Origin: Catajapyx aquilonaris
Taxonomy: Eukaryota
Direction: 5' to 3'
NCBI GenBank assembly: GCA_000934665.2
Contig: KZ538306.1
Span: forward strand, 1 to 64,000
Length of the DNA stretch: 64,000 bases
Shown: positions 37,001-49,764 of the stretch, piece after piece
Layout of the letters: each line of letters opens with the position of its first letter
How positions within the stretch are numbered: position 1 is the stretch's first letter
Made by a program: the position numbers and the translations under genes
Notes under the pieces: model-generated
The model's database searches: none
What the model saw: only the letters and a program-made list of their open reading frames with translations
What the model was told of the DNA's origin: nothing

Positions 37001-40000
37001 TGACTTGCATTGTGACGCAAGTGGTTAAAATATTTTAAGTCCTGGGCATAAAAAAAGATACGAGATGCTTCAGCATAACTTCTAGCTATAATAATTAGAA
37101 ACCCCCGCCACTGCACCGTGTCATGACCCTTCTACCTAACCATTGCACGTGCACATGTCTCTTTGCTTCAGTGCACGCAACTACAAAACCGCACAAAACT
37201 GCGCAGAGACATTTAACATTTTAACAATACCCTTCACGTCTACAGGCTACGTAATCAATTGCTGGGGTCTGCACGAATAGCAAGTGCATCAAAATGTAGG
37301 AAATGAAATCATTGTTTGCCCTCCAGCATAATAATTGTAGTAGGTCAACTGGTCAAGTGTCACAGGACATGAGTTTTTTTTTAAGTTGACCTCCCCCATG
37401 AGAAATGATTAATCATCAGGTAATTCCCTTGCACTTGAAAATGTATGCCATCACTTGCAATTATTGCTTGTAAATAGGCCGCTCCATTATTTTCAAAAAC
37501 GACATGTTGTTGTTCTTGATGAAAATCGCAAGTAATGAGCAACCTTCACGAATATTCAGTTGCGGAAGGTTGTACATGGCACGTACCCGAAATTTCACAG
37601 CATCATGGTCCAATTTGCAACAATACAAACCGAATTTACTACGCAAGCGTATACTCAAGGCTATACAATGACAGCACAATATATTGCTACGTACTCTTTT
37701 TTTATAGTATATAATTTTTTTATAAAAAAAAGTCGCACACATATTCCGCACGTGGTCCGTCCCTCTTCAGGTCACGTGCTCGTACTTTCACCTCTCTCAA
37801 ACTCTGCCCCACTTACTTTACGTCACACATGTTTGGAGTGTGTGTGTGTGTCTCTGTATGTGTTTTGATGAGAAGGAATGGCAGTAGTGGCCAGGGATCC
37901 AGTGTCACAACAAGAACCGTCCACACCACATCTGATCCCATATTGCTTATGGGCAACAACAACAGGTAAAAGTCTGTCATCTTTTCATTAGAATTCGGGG
38001 GTGGTCATTAAGACGCGACCCAGACGCGTCTAGAAATATGCCAGTTTGAAATAATTATTCCCGCTCTTTCCCGAGTTTCTCCAACCTTTTAACTGCAGTT
38101 TAAATGCAGATCTTTAGTATACGGGGCGCCCTCGAGTTGTAGCTTAGCGCTATACGAACAAGACGCGACCGAGACGCGTCTAAATATGCCAGTTTGAAAT
38201 TATTCCCGCGCTTCACTGAATCGTCATAAGGTGAGATTAGGTTAGGACAGGTTAGGATAGGTTAGATGATAGGTTAAGGTTAAGGTTAGGTGAAGAGAGG
38301 AAAGGTTAGGTTAGGAGAGGTTAGGTTAGGGAGCATATACTACATAAGAGCCGCAAACATTATTTTTCCGCGTCTCTCTGTTTGGGGACGTTGCCAAGAC
38401 TGGCGGTCATTTTGAAGTGTGGGCAACGCCAACGAGGTATAAATAGAGTACAGGCAAAAATAGGGTCCGCCATCTTTGATTCGCGCGTGTTCTTGACGTG
38501 TAGTTACCATGCCCGCCAAAAACCAGCAAAGATGGCGAACCCTATTTTTGCCTGTACCCTATTTATACCTCGTTGGCGTTCCCCACACTTCAAAATGGCC
38601 GCCAGCCTTGGCAACGGCGCCAAACAGAGAGACGCGAACATCAAAGGCGTCGACAGAAGTTTGCGCCTCTTATGTAGTATAAGCTCCCTGGTTAGGTTAG
38701 GAAAGGAAAGATTAGGTCAGGAGAGGTTAAGTTAAGGTTAGGTTAAGAGAGGAAAGATTAGGTCAGGAGAGGTTAGGTTAAGGTCAGGTTAAGAGAGGAA
38801 AGGTTTTAGGAGATTATAGGTTAGGTCAGGAGAGGTTATAGGTTAAGAGAGGATAGGTTTTAGGAGTTTATAGGTTAGGTCAGGAGAGGTTAGGATAGGT
38901 GAGGTTAAGGTTACGTTAGGTTGAAATAGTTGAATAGGATCTTATCAATTCGCTACAACTATTGCTTTTGTGCTAAAGGACTAGACAAATAATTGTTAGA
39001 ATCGTATAGGTGCGATGGTGATCATAAAAACAAGGTCGCTTCTCCCCAAAACTTTCAACTGCAGTATGTGTACTACATGTTTTCTTTGAGCCGAAATCAG
39101 CACCGTAAAGCCGTAAACATGTGGCATGTAGGGCACTTGCTTCTACTGTATGTAGTACGATGCTTTTGTGTAACTCAGGCCATTACACTTTTATCTTTTC
39201 TGTCTGTGTAGCACCCCCCTCCCCCTCCGAGAAAGCCTGCAAGTGTACACGAAATCTACTTTCGTTTTAAACAATCGCAGATTAATTAATTCGCGCCCAA
39301 TTAAAACACGAACTCAATCGAAACTGAAAGCAAATAAGTGTCCTAGATATCCACCGCCATAATTAGTGTGAATCACTCTCTATTAATCACCATGCGGGCT
39401 ACTTCACACTATACTATAGATGGAGGCCCTCTTAATTACAATGTAACACAACCGTGCAATATATGTCACGGCTAAGTCGTAAAATGTGTTTAACTACAAA
39501 TTACCCCCAGCTATTATTTTTTTTCTTAGTCTTCTTTCATTTCAAGTACAACATTGCAATGACCCTGCATGAGGGCACCTACATCGTCTGTGTTGCCCTT
39601 GATATGCCCACATGAGCTACATACTCGTAATGCAATAATGCAACCGGTTATACTTGCAGAAGAAGAAAAAACAAGTCCTCTGTTAATTTTAACATGCTCT
39701 CAAAATATTTCGCCAAACTTTCACTCCGGGTGAAGGTGCGATCGCCAATTCCGCCAATGTCATCTTTCTGCCAATTTTCTATAGGCAATAAAAACTTTCA
39801 CGTACGTATCAGGTGAAAGCGTTTTTTTTTTTCTTCCCCTCGATATATTTACTTTCTATCAGCAGAAGTATTTTCGCGAATATTTTTTTTTCATATGGAC
39901 ATTGCGAAAATATGTAGGTTAGATGAGTCCCACCGGATATGTCAACTTCCGCTTTATTTAGTAGTAGTGTGTGTCATTAATATGCATATGGGCATTTATA

Positions 40001-43000
40001 GGAGCTCTTTAAGAGCTGGTTAATATTTACATGACACTAAAGGGTCTGGTTCTTCTTCTTTTTTTTCACAACACTTCTTTTGCAATGTCCAACTTCCTTT
40101 GTGTGACAAAATTACATGTCCGTCGACCTCTCGCATACCAGACAGTTCATAGGATTAGAACTAATGACCTTCCAGAAGGTCTCTGTAATATGTGATCATT
40201 GAATTAATTTATGGCCAAATGTGAGCATTTTTTTTTTGCAAAACCAGGACAAGGGCTAATGTGCGCAAAATTTTTAAAGGGGGTCATGTAGTTACACGAT
40301 CGAAGTCTATATAGAACCACCAATGGATTACGAAGGTCTGCTTACGCAACCTGTGAACAATAGGTTCAAATAAAGTTAATATTATTCAATGCAAAACTTA
40401 CATTGCCAAGACGTAAGGGGAAGGAGGGAGGGTGCAGATCAAAACACCATCATCGTAACAATGCCAAGACGTGCAAGTGCTCTTCTCATGAATATTACTT
40501 GCAACATGTCAAAGAGACGTGCAATGTCCTTCACCTGAATTTGTGATTGTGGATTGAAATGTCACAATATTACATATACTACACTATAATGTTGCGGTTC
40601 AGAAAAGAAGTGACTCCTGCTTCGTGATACGTGCATATTTTATTTTAAATTTACTTATTTATTTTATTTCATTCAATTTGTTTCATTCATTTATTTTATG
40701 TTAATTAATTTGGTTGATATGGGTTATTTTATTTTATTCATGTGTTTTATGTAGGCTAATTGATTATTAATTTGGTTAAGGTGTTACTTAATTTTATTTA
40801 ATTAGGTTCATGTCACTTAATTTTAATCAACTACTCTTGTTTTATTTAATTACCAGAATTACATTAATTCGTTAATTTTACTTATTTACTCATTGATTTA
40901 CTTATTCAAGTATTTACTAATTATATATTTACTTGTTTATTTACTTAATTATTTATTTACTTCTTTAATTACTTATGTACTTATTTATATTGTACATATT
41001 TGTGTCATTTTATTTTATTTATTTATTTATCTACAATATGTTATTTTATTGGTTATTCATTCAGTTAATGTGGAATTTAATTGTATTTAACAAATTTATT
41101 TTATTAATTAGGTTAATGCTATTTATTTCATTGTATTAATTTTATTTGTGTATTAATTTGAATTAATTTGTTAACTTTATTAATAATTTCACTTGTTTAT
41201 TTACTTGTGCAATTATTTATTAACCTTATTTTACCTCATTTATTTATATATGAGCTCCTTAGGGGTGTATGGACATGATATAACTGTGACAAAAAATATA
41301 GCATGCGAAAATAGAATCCCACAGGTCATGTAATCACACTACCTTCTCGAAAAATTAAGTACGGATTTACCTCACATTTCTGGGAAAATTGCGGCCATGG
41401 TCATGAGCAATATTAATCATATATTATGATCATGCAATCTTTCTATTCTTACAAACTAGGAAGAGTTGTTCCCACTGCAAATGAAGTGTGCTTTTTCGCA
41501 TATGTCCGGCAGGATGAAGCTGACACCGCTTCTAGTCCTTCTGGTCTCAGGGATTCCGTGCTGCTACCCGTACATCAGGCCAACCGTGCTTGTCGAAGGT
41601 ACTTTGTGATGCTGTCTCCAACCTGGCAGTGCCACTTTAACAAGCTGCGTTGCAGGTAAAGACTATTGGGAGCAAGTGGGGAGGCAGGAGCTGAAGGCAG
41701 CGTTGAACAGGGAGAGGACGGACAGGGTGGCCCGCAATGTCATCCTCTTCGTTGGAGACGGTATGGGCGTATCGACTGTCACCGCAGGTCGGATATTCCG
41801 TGGGCAGAGGGACAACCATCCGGGAGAAGAAGGGTACCTCAACTTCGAGCGCTTCCCACATGTCGGTTTGCTCAAGGTCCGTTGCAAAAATTTATAATAT
41901 GAAGAACTTGGAACTAAAGCTCCATGTTTCAGACCTACAATGTGGACAAGCAGGTTCCAGACTCGGCAGCTACCGCCACCGCCCTGTTCACTGGGTCCAA
42001 AACTAACTACTTCACTGTCGGTGTTGATGCCAGTGTCAAGTACAATGTGTGCGACTACACCGTGCTTCAACAAGCAAAGCTTGAGAGCATTGCAAGCTGG
42101 GCTCAACAGGCTGGGAAAGACACAGGTATTGCTACATAGATCAACATTGAATAGCCCATATTAATCCTTATTCCTGCGCAGGTATTGTAACCAACACTCG
42201 CATCACTCATGCTACCCCAGCTGCAATGTATGCCAATTCGCCAAGCCGCTTCTGGGAGTGCGATGGTCAGCTACCGGTAGGCAAAGGTTGCACGGACATA
42301 GCTCGGCAACTGGTCGAAACTGAGACTGGACGCAACTTCAACGTTATAATGGGAGGCGGCCAGCTCCAACTGGGGGCTATAACTTCAAGGACTCCTGGCG
42401 GAGGATGCAAACGGTCAGACGGACGCAACCTCACCCAGGAATGGCTCGACGAAAAGCAGGCAAGAAATACAAGCGCCAAGTTTGTCACCAACAGTGGCGA
42501 GCTGTTCGGGATAGATCCTAGTTCAACGGAGTACGTCCTCGGGTTGTTTGCACCCGGACACATGAGTTGGGACCAGGAACGACCGAGGGGTCTGGACGGA
42601 GAGCCGAGCTTGGCGGAAATGACTAGGCAAGCAATTAAGGTGATGAGCAAGAATAAGAATGGGTACGTGCTGATGGTGGAGGGCGGCCGGATCGACCACG
42701 CACATCATCAGAACCTGGCGCTCAAGAGTTTGCAAGAGGTGGTGTCATTCGATGACGCGGTGGAAGCAGCAGTGAAGGAAGCAAGCAGGGATACCCTCGT
42801 GTTAGTCACAGCAGACCATTCGCACACACTCACAATCAACGGATATCCCGAGAGAGGACAGCCCATTGAAGGTCACTTAACCCAAGTTAATTAACATCGC
42901 TTGGTCTATAATACGTAATTATTTCAGGCGCAACGAGTGAACAGGACGGATTCATGTATGAGACCCTGAGCTATTTCAACGGACCTGGGTACAGCACCTA

Positions 43001-46000
43001 TCGTGAGCAGCAGGGTACCGGTACAGACGTTCAGTCAACCTGGCGAGACATTAGGTCCACCAATTTCAGCGATCCAACCCTTCCCCATTTCTCCGCAATA
43101 TTCATGAACATATCTTCACATGGAGGTGAAGACGTCAGCATATACGCACAAGGTAAGAGCCCATTTATTGATGCCACGAGTAATAATAGTTACCCGTAAC
43201 ATAATGCAGCTTCAGTACTATTTTAAAATTCCATGCCGTACTACCCACTCGAATAAAAATACTGATGCGGCACATTTTCATTTTAGGCCCAATGTCGCAC
43301 CTGATTCACGGAGTGCATGAGCAAACCTACCCGGCATACGTAATTGCGTACGCAGCGTGCATAGGACCTTACACTGATAACTGTGCACGTGATCTACCAC
43401 GACCGGATCCAATCAGACCGTCCAAAGCAACTCTGACTGCCAGTGTTAATAGCCTCGCAATTATTCTAGTGGCACTAGCAATAGTGCTTTAGACTTTTGT
43501 GTTAATGCCGCCCTCTGTGAGTGCCAATTTGTAGAGTGATGTTTGTTAATATTCATGCATTAAAAAGCATGCCTGCGTTGTACTAATATGTTCTTGATGA
43601 ATCCCAGTCGATATACAGTATTACCGTCAAGCGGGGTTGACTTTGTGACAAAATCAGTATTTTTCAAATCTCAGGCCACAATTATTTTTAACGTTTTCGC
43701 CGCAACTGTCCCCAGTAGTTGGCTAAGAAATTATATAAAATGATGTAAGATTGAACTTGTTTTGTAGAAGATACGAGGGTGTTAGACTAAGTTCGTAGTT
43801 TTGCAGGGTGACTTTGTGACAGCAGCAGCTTGTCGCGAAGTCCATCGGATCTTATTTAATAATAATAATAATAATAATCCGGGTAGTGCACGAACTCCTT
43901 GCGAGTTATATGGCACGGACCCTTATTACTCATATACATAGTATACATCAGGACCAGATAACGTAGCACCCGGGCCCATGGGCAGGGTAACAGGAGGGGA
44001 TGTGCAAGGTGCAGTGCAATGTCTTAACTAGGCCATTTTTAGTGAACTCCCCCGGGTGGTTTAGTATGTTGGAAATACCACCCGAGACGAAGCCAGAGGT
44101 GACCCTGAACTCTGCACAAGATGAAGGGGGTGTCCCCGGGTTGGGATCGAACCCGGGACCTTAACATCCGTGGGCGCATACGTTACCGCAGCACCACTCC
44201 GCCTCCCTTTATAGTTTTGACCTACATATCAGTCCTTTTCAACTCGAAATTATAAAAACCATAAGTCAGGCAACAAAATCAGCCACCGAGGATTTGAACT
44301 ATAAGAAAATGACCAAATGTTTTTCATAACATTAAATTGTGACTGACCATTCTGTAAGTAACATATCATTTCTACGCCTACCCATGTAAAAATGATATGT
44401 CGGAAAATAAAGAGTTTGTGGAGTTACTTTGTTATAATTTCTGTCCCTCATGTTTAGCCTTAAAGAAATGAACATTGTCGCAGTCCTTTTCAACAAATGT
44501 AAATATTTCTGTAATGTATCAAGTTATGATCTGCAATGCAAATAGGTAGTGAAAGGATGGTACGAAAACAAAATATGAAACCATTTCTAGTGATCCGAAA
44601 AACTTCAAAAAATTGTCACAAAGTCACCCCCCCCCCCACGAAATAGTGACTCACCAGTGTCGTCCGTCTCTTCCACCCCTTCCAAATCGCACAAACGACG
44701 TCCTTTCACCGACTCATGGGCAACGAGCCTCCCTTGATAGAACTTCCCAGATGACCACTCCATAATATCCTGGTGCATCCTGTACTGCACGGTGAGCATC
44801 CTCACAGCCTGGTCTCCAAACAGGTTGATGGCCCTCTCTATCAAACTGGTGGACAATCCTCGCTTAGATGCCTCTTGGCTCACCACGGTCGGCGGCAACT
44901 GATGCGGATCACCTGCCAGCACCACCTTGCTTCCAGCCCACAGCATGGCGGCCCAGCAGCTGGTCTCCAATGCCTGGGAGCACTCGTCTATCACCACGAC
45001 TCCAAAGTGAGGACGCCCCAATTCGGTGTGAGGAACGTTGCGTAAGGGACCGTCGTCTCCTGACGTGGACAAGGTGGCCAACACAACAGGTGCATTCTTA
45101 AGGGTTTCTCGGAGAGAGTTGGTCTCACGCTTACGAAATTCCTTCCGCAGCGTCTTGCACTCGGTGCGGAGACGATACCGCTCCGACTCCTTCCGGCAAC
45201 CCCTGAAAAATGAGTGAAATTGCATTCGATGGTTCACATGTAGCATTATAACGTCCAAAAATCTGCATTGTGTCATTTTGCACAAAATTATATTCACTTG
45301 TATTAAGCCGCGTTTACATGCGAGCGATTCGCTCAGCAATTACACCAATTGTTGATTTTCACTCCCAAACAATTGATATCAATCGCTGCATATTGCTGAT
45401 CAAATCGCTCACTTGTAAATGCAGCCTCATGCAACTTTGTGTACTGATGTGACGTCACAAATGTTTCAATAGCAACACTGCGACTATAATGCAAAACTCA
45501 AGTCGCCGGATCTCACCTGAGCTTCGTATGTGCCACATCTAGTTCCTTCCTGACATCCCGCAAGATCTCGGCCTGATCCCCTTTGGCAAGCACCGCATCC
45601 AGAGAGTATTTCTGAAGCTCCTTCATCAGCCTAGCGGGATGCCCCAACCGCACCAATCCGGGGCATTCAGTAGCAAGCCTCTCCGCCAGGTTGTCAACAG
45701 CCACGTTGGAGGGAGCACACGCCAGTACCTTCTCCCCAGATCTGAAAAGTAAAATTGCCAAGCATCACACTTCGGCTACAAGATTGTTAACGATTATTTG
45801 TGCTGCTGTTGTTATTATTACCGGACACATTGAAGAATAAACTCTGTCACGGTTGTCGTCTTTCCTGTTCCAGGCGGCCCATGTATGACCCCAAATTCCC
45901 TCTGGCACAATGCAAATCTGACAGCCTCCTTCTGCGAGTCGTCCAGGCTTGTATTGTAGTACGCCAGCTGTCCCTTTGAGTCCACGATGGCAGGCGGTAA

Positions 46001-46531
46001 GGTAACATGTGGGGACGACAACTGTCCAGAGTTGAACATTAGTTCTAGAAACAAATTTCCAGTCTTTTCCGCAGCTTCCAGCCGATCCAGCGCCCTTTTG
46101 AGCCTCCTGTACGTTACATCGTTGGCCAACTTGACCAGCTGGTACGTCCCGCTATCCTCCAACTCCAGTACATCCCAGGTGTCCTCAAACGACACGCTCA
46201 GCCCTGAATCTCCACTGACATGACTCAGAACACCGGTTGCGACGTAATCAGTCGACCGACTCGACCTGACCCCTATGATGTCCCCGCTGCTCATAGAGTG
46301 TGAAGGCAACTTGCAGTCCTTCATAGGCTCGAACGTGACCACGCATCGTCCGAACAGCCCAGTACAATGGGATCCTACCCTCAGTTTCAACAAGGAAACG
46401 CCCTTTTGCTGCAGCTGCTTTGGAGACAGCTCCTTCAGCAGTTCCTGGGACTCCTGGATCTCTGCCTGACGCTCCAAAGACAGCAGCTCGCGCTGGGTGG
46501 CCACAAAAGACTCCACAGTACTTCCAGACAT
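34092..46531 (-). CDS. IGHMBP2: DNA-binding protein SMUBP-2, SF1 helicase with R3H and AN1 zinc finger
   Basis: [98 protein letters not shown]3H ([18 protein letters not shown]), AN1 ([20 protein letters not shown]). Exons approximately 46531-45822, 45742-45517, 45203-44656, 35731-35552, 35496-35229, 35168-34833, 34776-34092. Confidence 0.95.
38236..38922 (+). repeat. Degenerate interstitial (TTAGG)n-like tract, interrupted by MITE copy 3
   Basis: ggttaggttagg variants interspersed with gagag; TTAGG is the common arthropod telomeric unit. Confidence 0.8.
38328..38689. mobile_element. Mutator-like MITE, copy 3
   Basis: Same TIRs and interior as copies 1 and 2; 9-bp flanking duplication ggttaggtt. 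Confidence 0.9.
40635..41252. repeat. AT-rich low-complexity tract (ttat/ttac-like)
   Basis: Strongly T-biased degenerate simple repeat. Confidence 0.8.
41514..43492 (+). CDS. Alp: Alkaline phosphatase, probably GPI-anchored, nested in an IGHMBP2 intron
   Basis: Signal peptide [30 protein letters not shown]; catalytic [46 protein letters not shown]; hydrophobic tail [13 protein letters not shown]. Confidence 0.95.
43620..44645. mobile_element. Non-autonomous DNA-transposon relic with a nested SINE
   Basis: Termini ggggttgactttgtgacaa ... ttgtcacaaagtcacccc; a further gggtgactttgtgaca word at 43806; no transposase ORF. Confidence 0.55.
43858..44209 (-). mobile_element. tRNA-derived SINE, copy 1
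   Basis: Minus strand reads agtggtgctgcggta (A-box-like) ... gggttcgatccc (B box), body homologous to 54460-54827, (ATT)n tail. Confidence 0.85.
45305..45427. mobile_element. Short MITE, copy 2 of the 29793 family
   Basis: gcgtttacatgcgagcgatt ... aatcgctcacttgtaaatgc. Confidence 0.6.
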
Positions 46532-46620
46532 CTTTTTAAGATTAATTTTCACAAAGATTTGTAACGTTCCAAATGTTTCGAACACTTCATGTGAAGGCGG
46601 CCATGTTGGAAAAGAAAAAG

Positions 46621-46878
46621 TATCGATATGTAGAATTACTTATATATCGATATTCATATACTGAACCATGTGCTAAAATATCGATACGTAGAAACACATT
46701 CATATCGATATTATAAAACATCAATATATCGATATTCATATACTGAAACATGTGATAAAATATCGATATGTGGAAACACCATTATATCGATATTGTAACA
46801 AAAATATCGTCACTGAAAACTGAAATATCGATAGTTTATACTTAAAAATCGATACCAGAAACGTAAATATATCGATAC
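46621..46878. repeat. Array of about nine TATCGATA words upstream of IGHMBP2
   Basis: TATCGATA recurs about every 20-40 bp; the word equals the Drosophila DRE (DREF site). Confidence 0.75.
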
Positions 46879-47551
46879 GTTCCTTTTTTTTTTTTAACAA
46901 GAAGAGGATTTCACACGTATGTACTATTTTAACGATTTTAAATTTGCAATATGGAGGCAAAATTGGAGAAAGTACAGAGGGGAAAATTGTCCATAATAAT
47001 GCTCATTTGACATTTCAGCTCTAAATATTAAATACAAATCGATACCGTACGTAAAAAACGCCGATATATCGATACGTTTGAATTTGCCCGCTCGTTTTTA
47101 GTTCAAAAAGGCACACATGCATTTTTTTTAAAATTAAAAAATAAATTGCCATAATGAAGCGAAAATGTGCAAAAGTGAAACCTGAGAATTTTATGCAATA
47201 TTCATATTTCCGCTGTATATGACAAGTTCACGTGGGCCGTTTTTACACTATTTTAATTTACTTTATAATGTAAGTACTTTTTTTTTACATACACATTATT
47301 ATGATCTACCATGGGTACGGCATCGGGGACAAATACCGTACCACACACAAAAAAAGTACGAAACAATATTGTACCTATGGTAATGTGACGTTTTGTTTAC
47401 TTTGAGCCGTCCTTCTAGGCGGCGGCTTTGGGTCAAAAAAATATTAATCCAAATTTTGAACATTTGTCTCATATCCGCCGAATTTTGATTTCCGGCGTGG
47501 TGCTATATCGTAGCCTAATTAAACAGGTGATTAGTACAAAAAAAAAAAAAA

Positions 47552-48881
47552 ATGACGTCTCGATCCAATGACTTGGCTAAACCAAAGCGTAGGATTGGAA
47601 CAGAGACATTGGCATATCCTTCCCTCTACAATCTCCTCAAATTGAAGAACATAGATGGTAAGTTAGCATAATTACTGACTTTAATTGTGTAACATTTACC
47701 ATTTACATCTCTTCATTTGTTTAGAAGCCAGTCCGCGTATAGAACAACTGAGCAAGCCGAAGAAGTTTCATCGAGACTACAGGAAGCCAAGGTACTGTTC
47801 ACGTAGTTTCATATCCGCACATAGATGGCGCAACATCCCTCTATGCACACTACAGCCACTCTCTGTTGTGCGAGAGTTAGTGACACTAGCAGGTCGGACA
47901 AACATCCGATTTTTTTGATATCATAACCTAATATTTTCCAGACGTGTTCCACCGTTCTGTGAAGGATATCGCGTCAAGAAGGCGGGCAAGAACGAGCCTT
48001 CAAGCTCGTTTATAGACAGGTTGGCCACACCTAAGAAACTTCCGGAAGAGTACGTGCGAAACAGGTACTGCATCAATGTCCCCAAAAAATTAGTTTCGGA
48101 CAATATTAATTCCCGTTTTAAACATTCCAGAGATGACATTTACTCCGTGGCCCCATCAGCCTTGACGTACCAGACTACATCTCGTATCCTTACGATGTCC
48201 GAACCTCATCCTAACAAGACAGTTGCAGCCAAGCCATGCGTCTCGTGCGATTACACAAGTATGGTATGCTGACATGTTCTGTATACATACCAGAGTTGAC
48301 AATTGTAATTGTCCTTTTGCAGCATGGCTTGGTCCCCAGCCTTCCACCAACTACGTGGCCACCTGGAGGACAACGTTTCTCTCGGAACCCAAGAGGCTGC
48401 CCAAAGAGTACCGGCCACCGCAGGAAGCAATCAAAAAGATCCACGAAGCAGTACTGACCGTATGTATCGACAGTACAGTTCACGGAGAGGACCTGAAGCT
48501 CAAAAATAGGCTGATCTTTACTAGGCGACGCTAACGAACGTTATTGTGGATTTGCCACGACGAATGTATTCGGACGCGTCCAACTCCCGCCACGTCGTCG
48601 CGTAGTAAAGATCACATGTTGGAGGCTTCAGGTCTGCTACCTTTTCGCGTTGTACACGTTCGCGATTGATGTCTTTTGACATGATCCGTTTACAGTACGA
48701 GGCAACGGACCGGATTAAGGAGATATCCAAGCCAAACGTGCATCCAAACACCAACGCCAATCCAAATGCCTTCCAGGTGTCCGCCGCCGCCAAGCACTAC
48801 AAAATTAGCGATCGACTGGAAGATCTCAGCAAGACCAATCCGCTCAAGCAAAGGGTCAAATTCACAGGGGTCCCACACTGA
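47552..48881 (+). CDS. THEG-repeat (testicular haploid expressed-like) protein, multi-exon
   Basis: Repeated S.Ri..La.PK units: ASPRIEQLSKPKK, FIDRLATPKKLP, TTSRILTMSEP, TWRTTFLSEPKRLP, ATDRIKEISKP, ISDRLEDLSK; short GT-AG introns; family assigned by motif recall. Confidence 0.7.
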
Positions 48882-49764
48882 TCAATCGTCTGCAATTAAA
48901 ATTATTTTTTTTGTAAATTTAAAAAAAGTGCCTCATATTAATTGACTGTGCATTAATAATACAATGCGACATGTTTTTCGACCTTTTCCCAGAGGTAAGT
49001 GCTGAGTATAGTGTGTACGGAAGTTTTCCTGCAAGCGTAGCGTTGGAAATAAGTGCATCGCTTATTTTACCAGTACTCCATCAACCATACAGAGAGATTG
49101 CCAGACATCATTGATAATGCCAACCGTGCAATCTGCGTGGATTGTGTTGCGCACTCGGTTGCGCTCTTTTAAAAAATAAATAAATAAATAACATCAGAGC
49201 TATAGTACAATCTGGCGTGTTTTTCGCTATTTTTTTCACTCCCAGTGATAAGTGGTAGTGTACGGAAGTTTCATGCGCAGAGAATCCTCCTGAAAACGTG
49301 CGAAACAAGTTTACGCAACACGCAATTCTCTGCAAAGCACCACCTATTCCGCGTCGAGAAATATATATAAATTACATAACAGTTCGTGGCAGCTAAGTTT
49401 GTGGCTATATTAAATATGAAACGGTGTAACTGTTAACACAATTTGAACTGTGTTGAATATTTTGACACACAAATTGTGTCGTTGCGTTTTGTGAATACAG
49501 CTTGTTGATTATAAGCCTAGTGGTGTTTGTATAGTATTTCCAGGGCTGTATGAACGGCGGGTCATTAGAGTTCACTGACAGCAAAGGGCCTCTTCTGCGG
49601 CTGCGGGGCAGGAGGGGGGTGGTAAAAGGCGGGGCTGCTGCAGCCTCACAAAAAAAAAGAAAGAAAGAAAGATAAAAAAATATATATCCCACAGTAGATG
49701 GGGAAGAGAAGCTGACGCGGCAGAGGAAGGCTCTCTGAGGAGGAGAGACGGACTTGCCAACATC

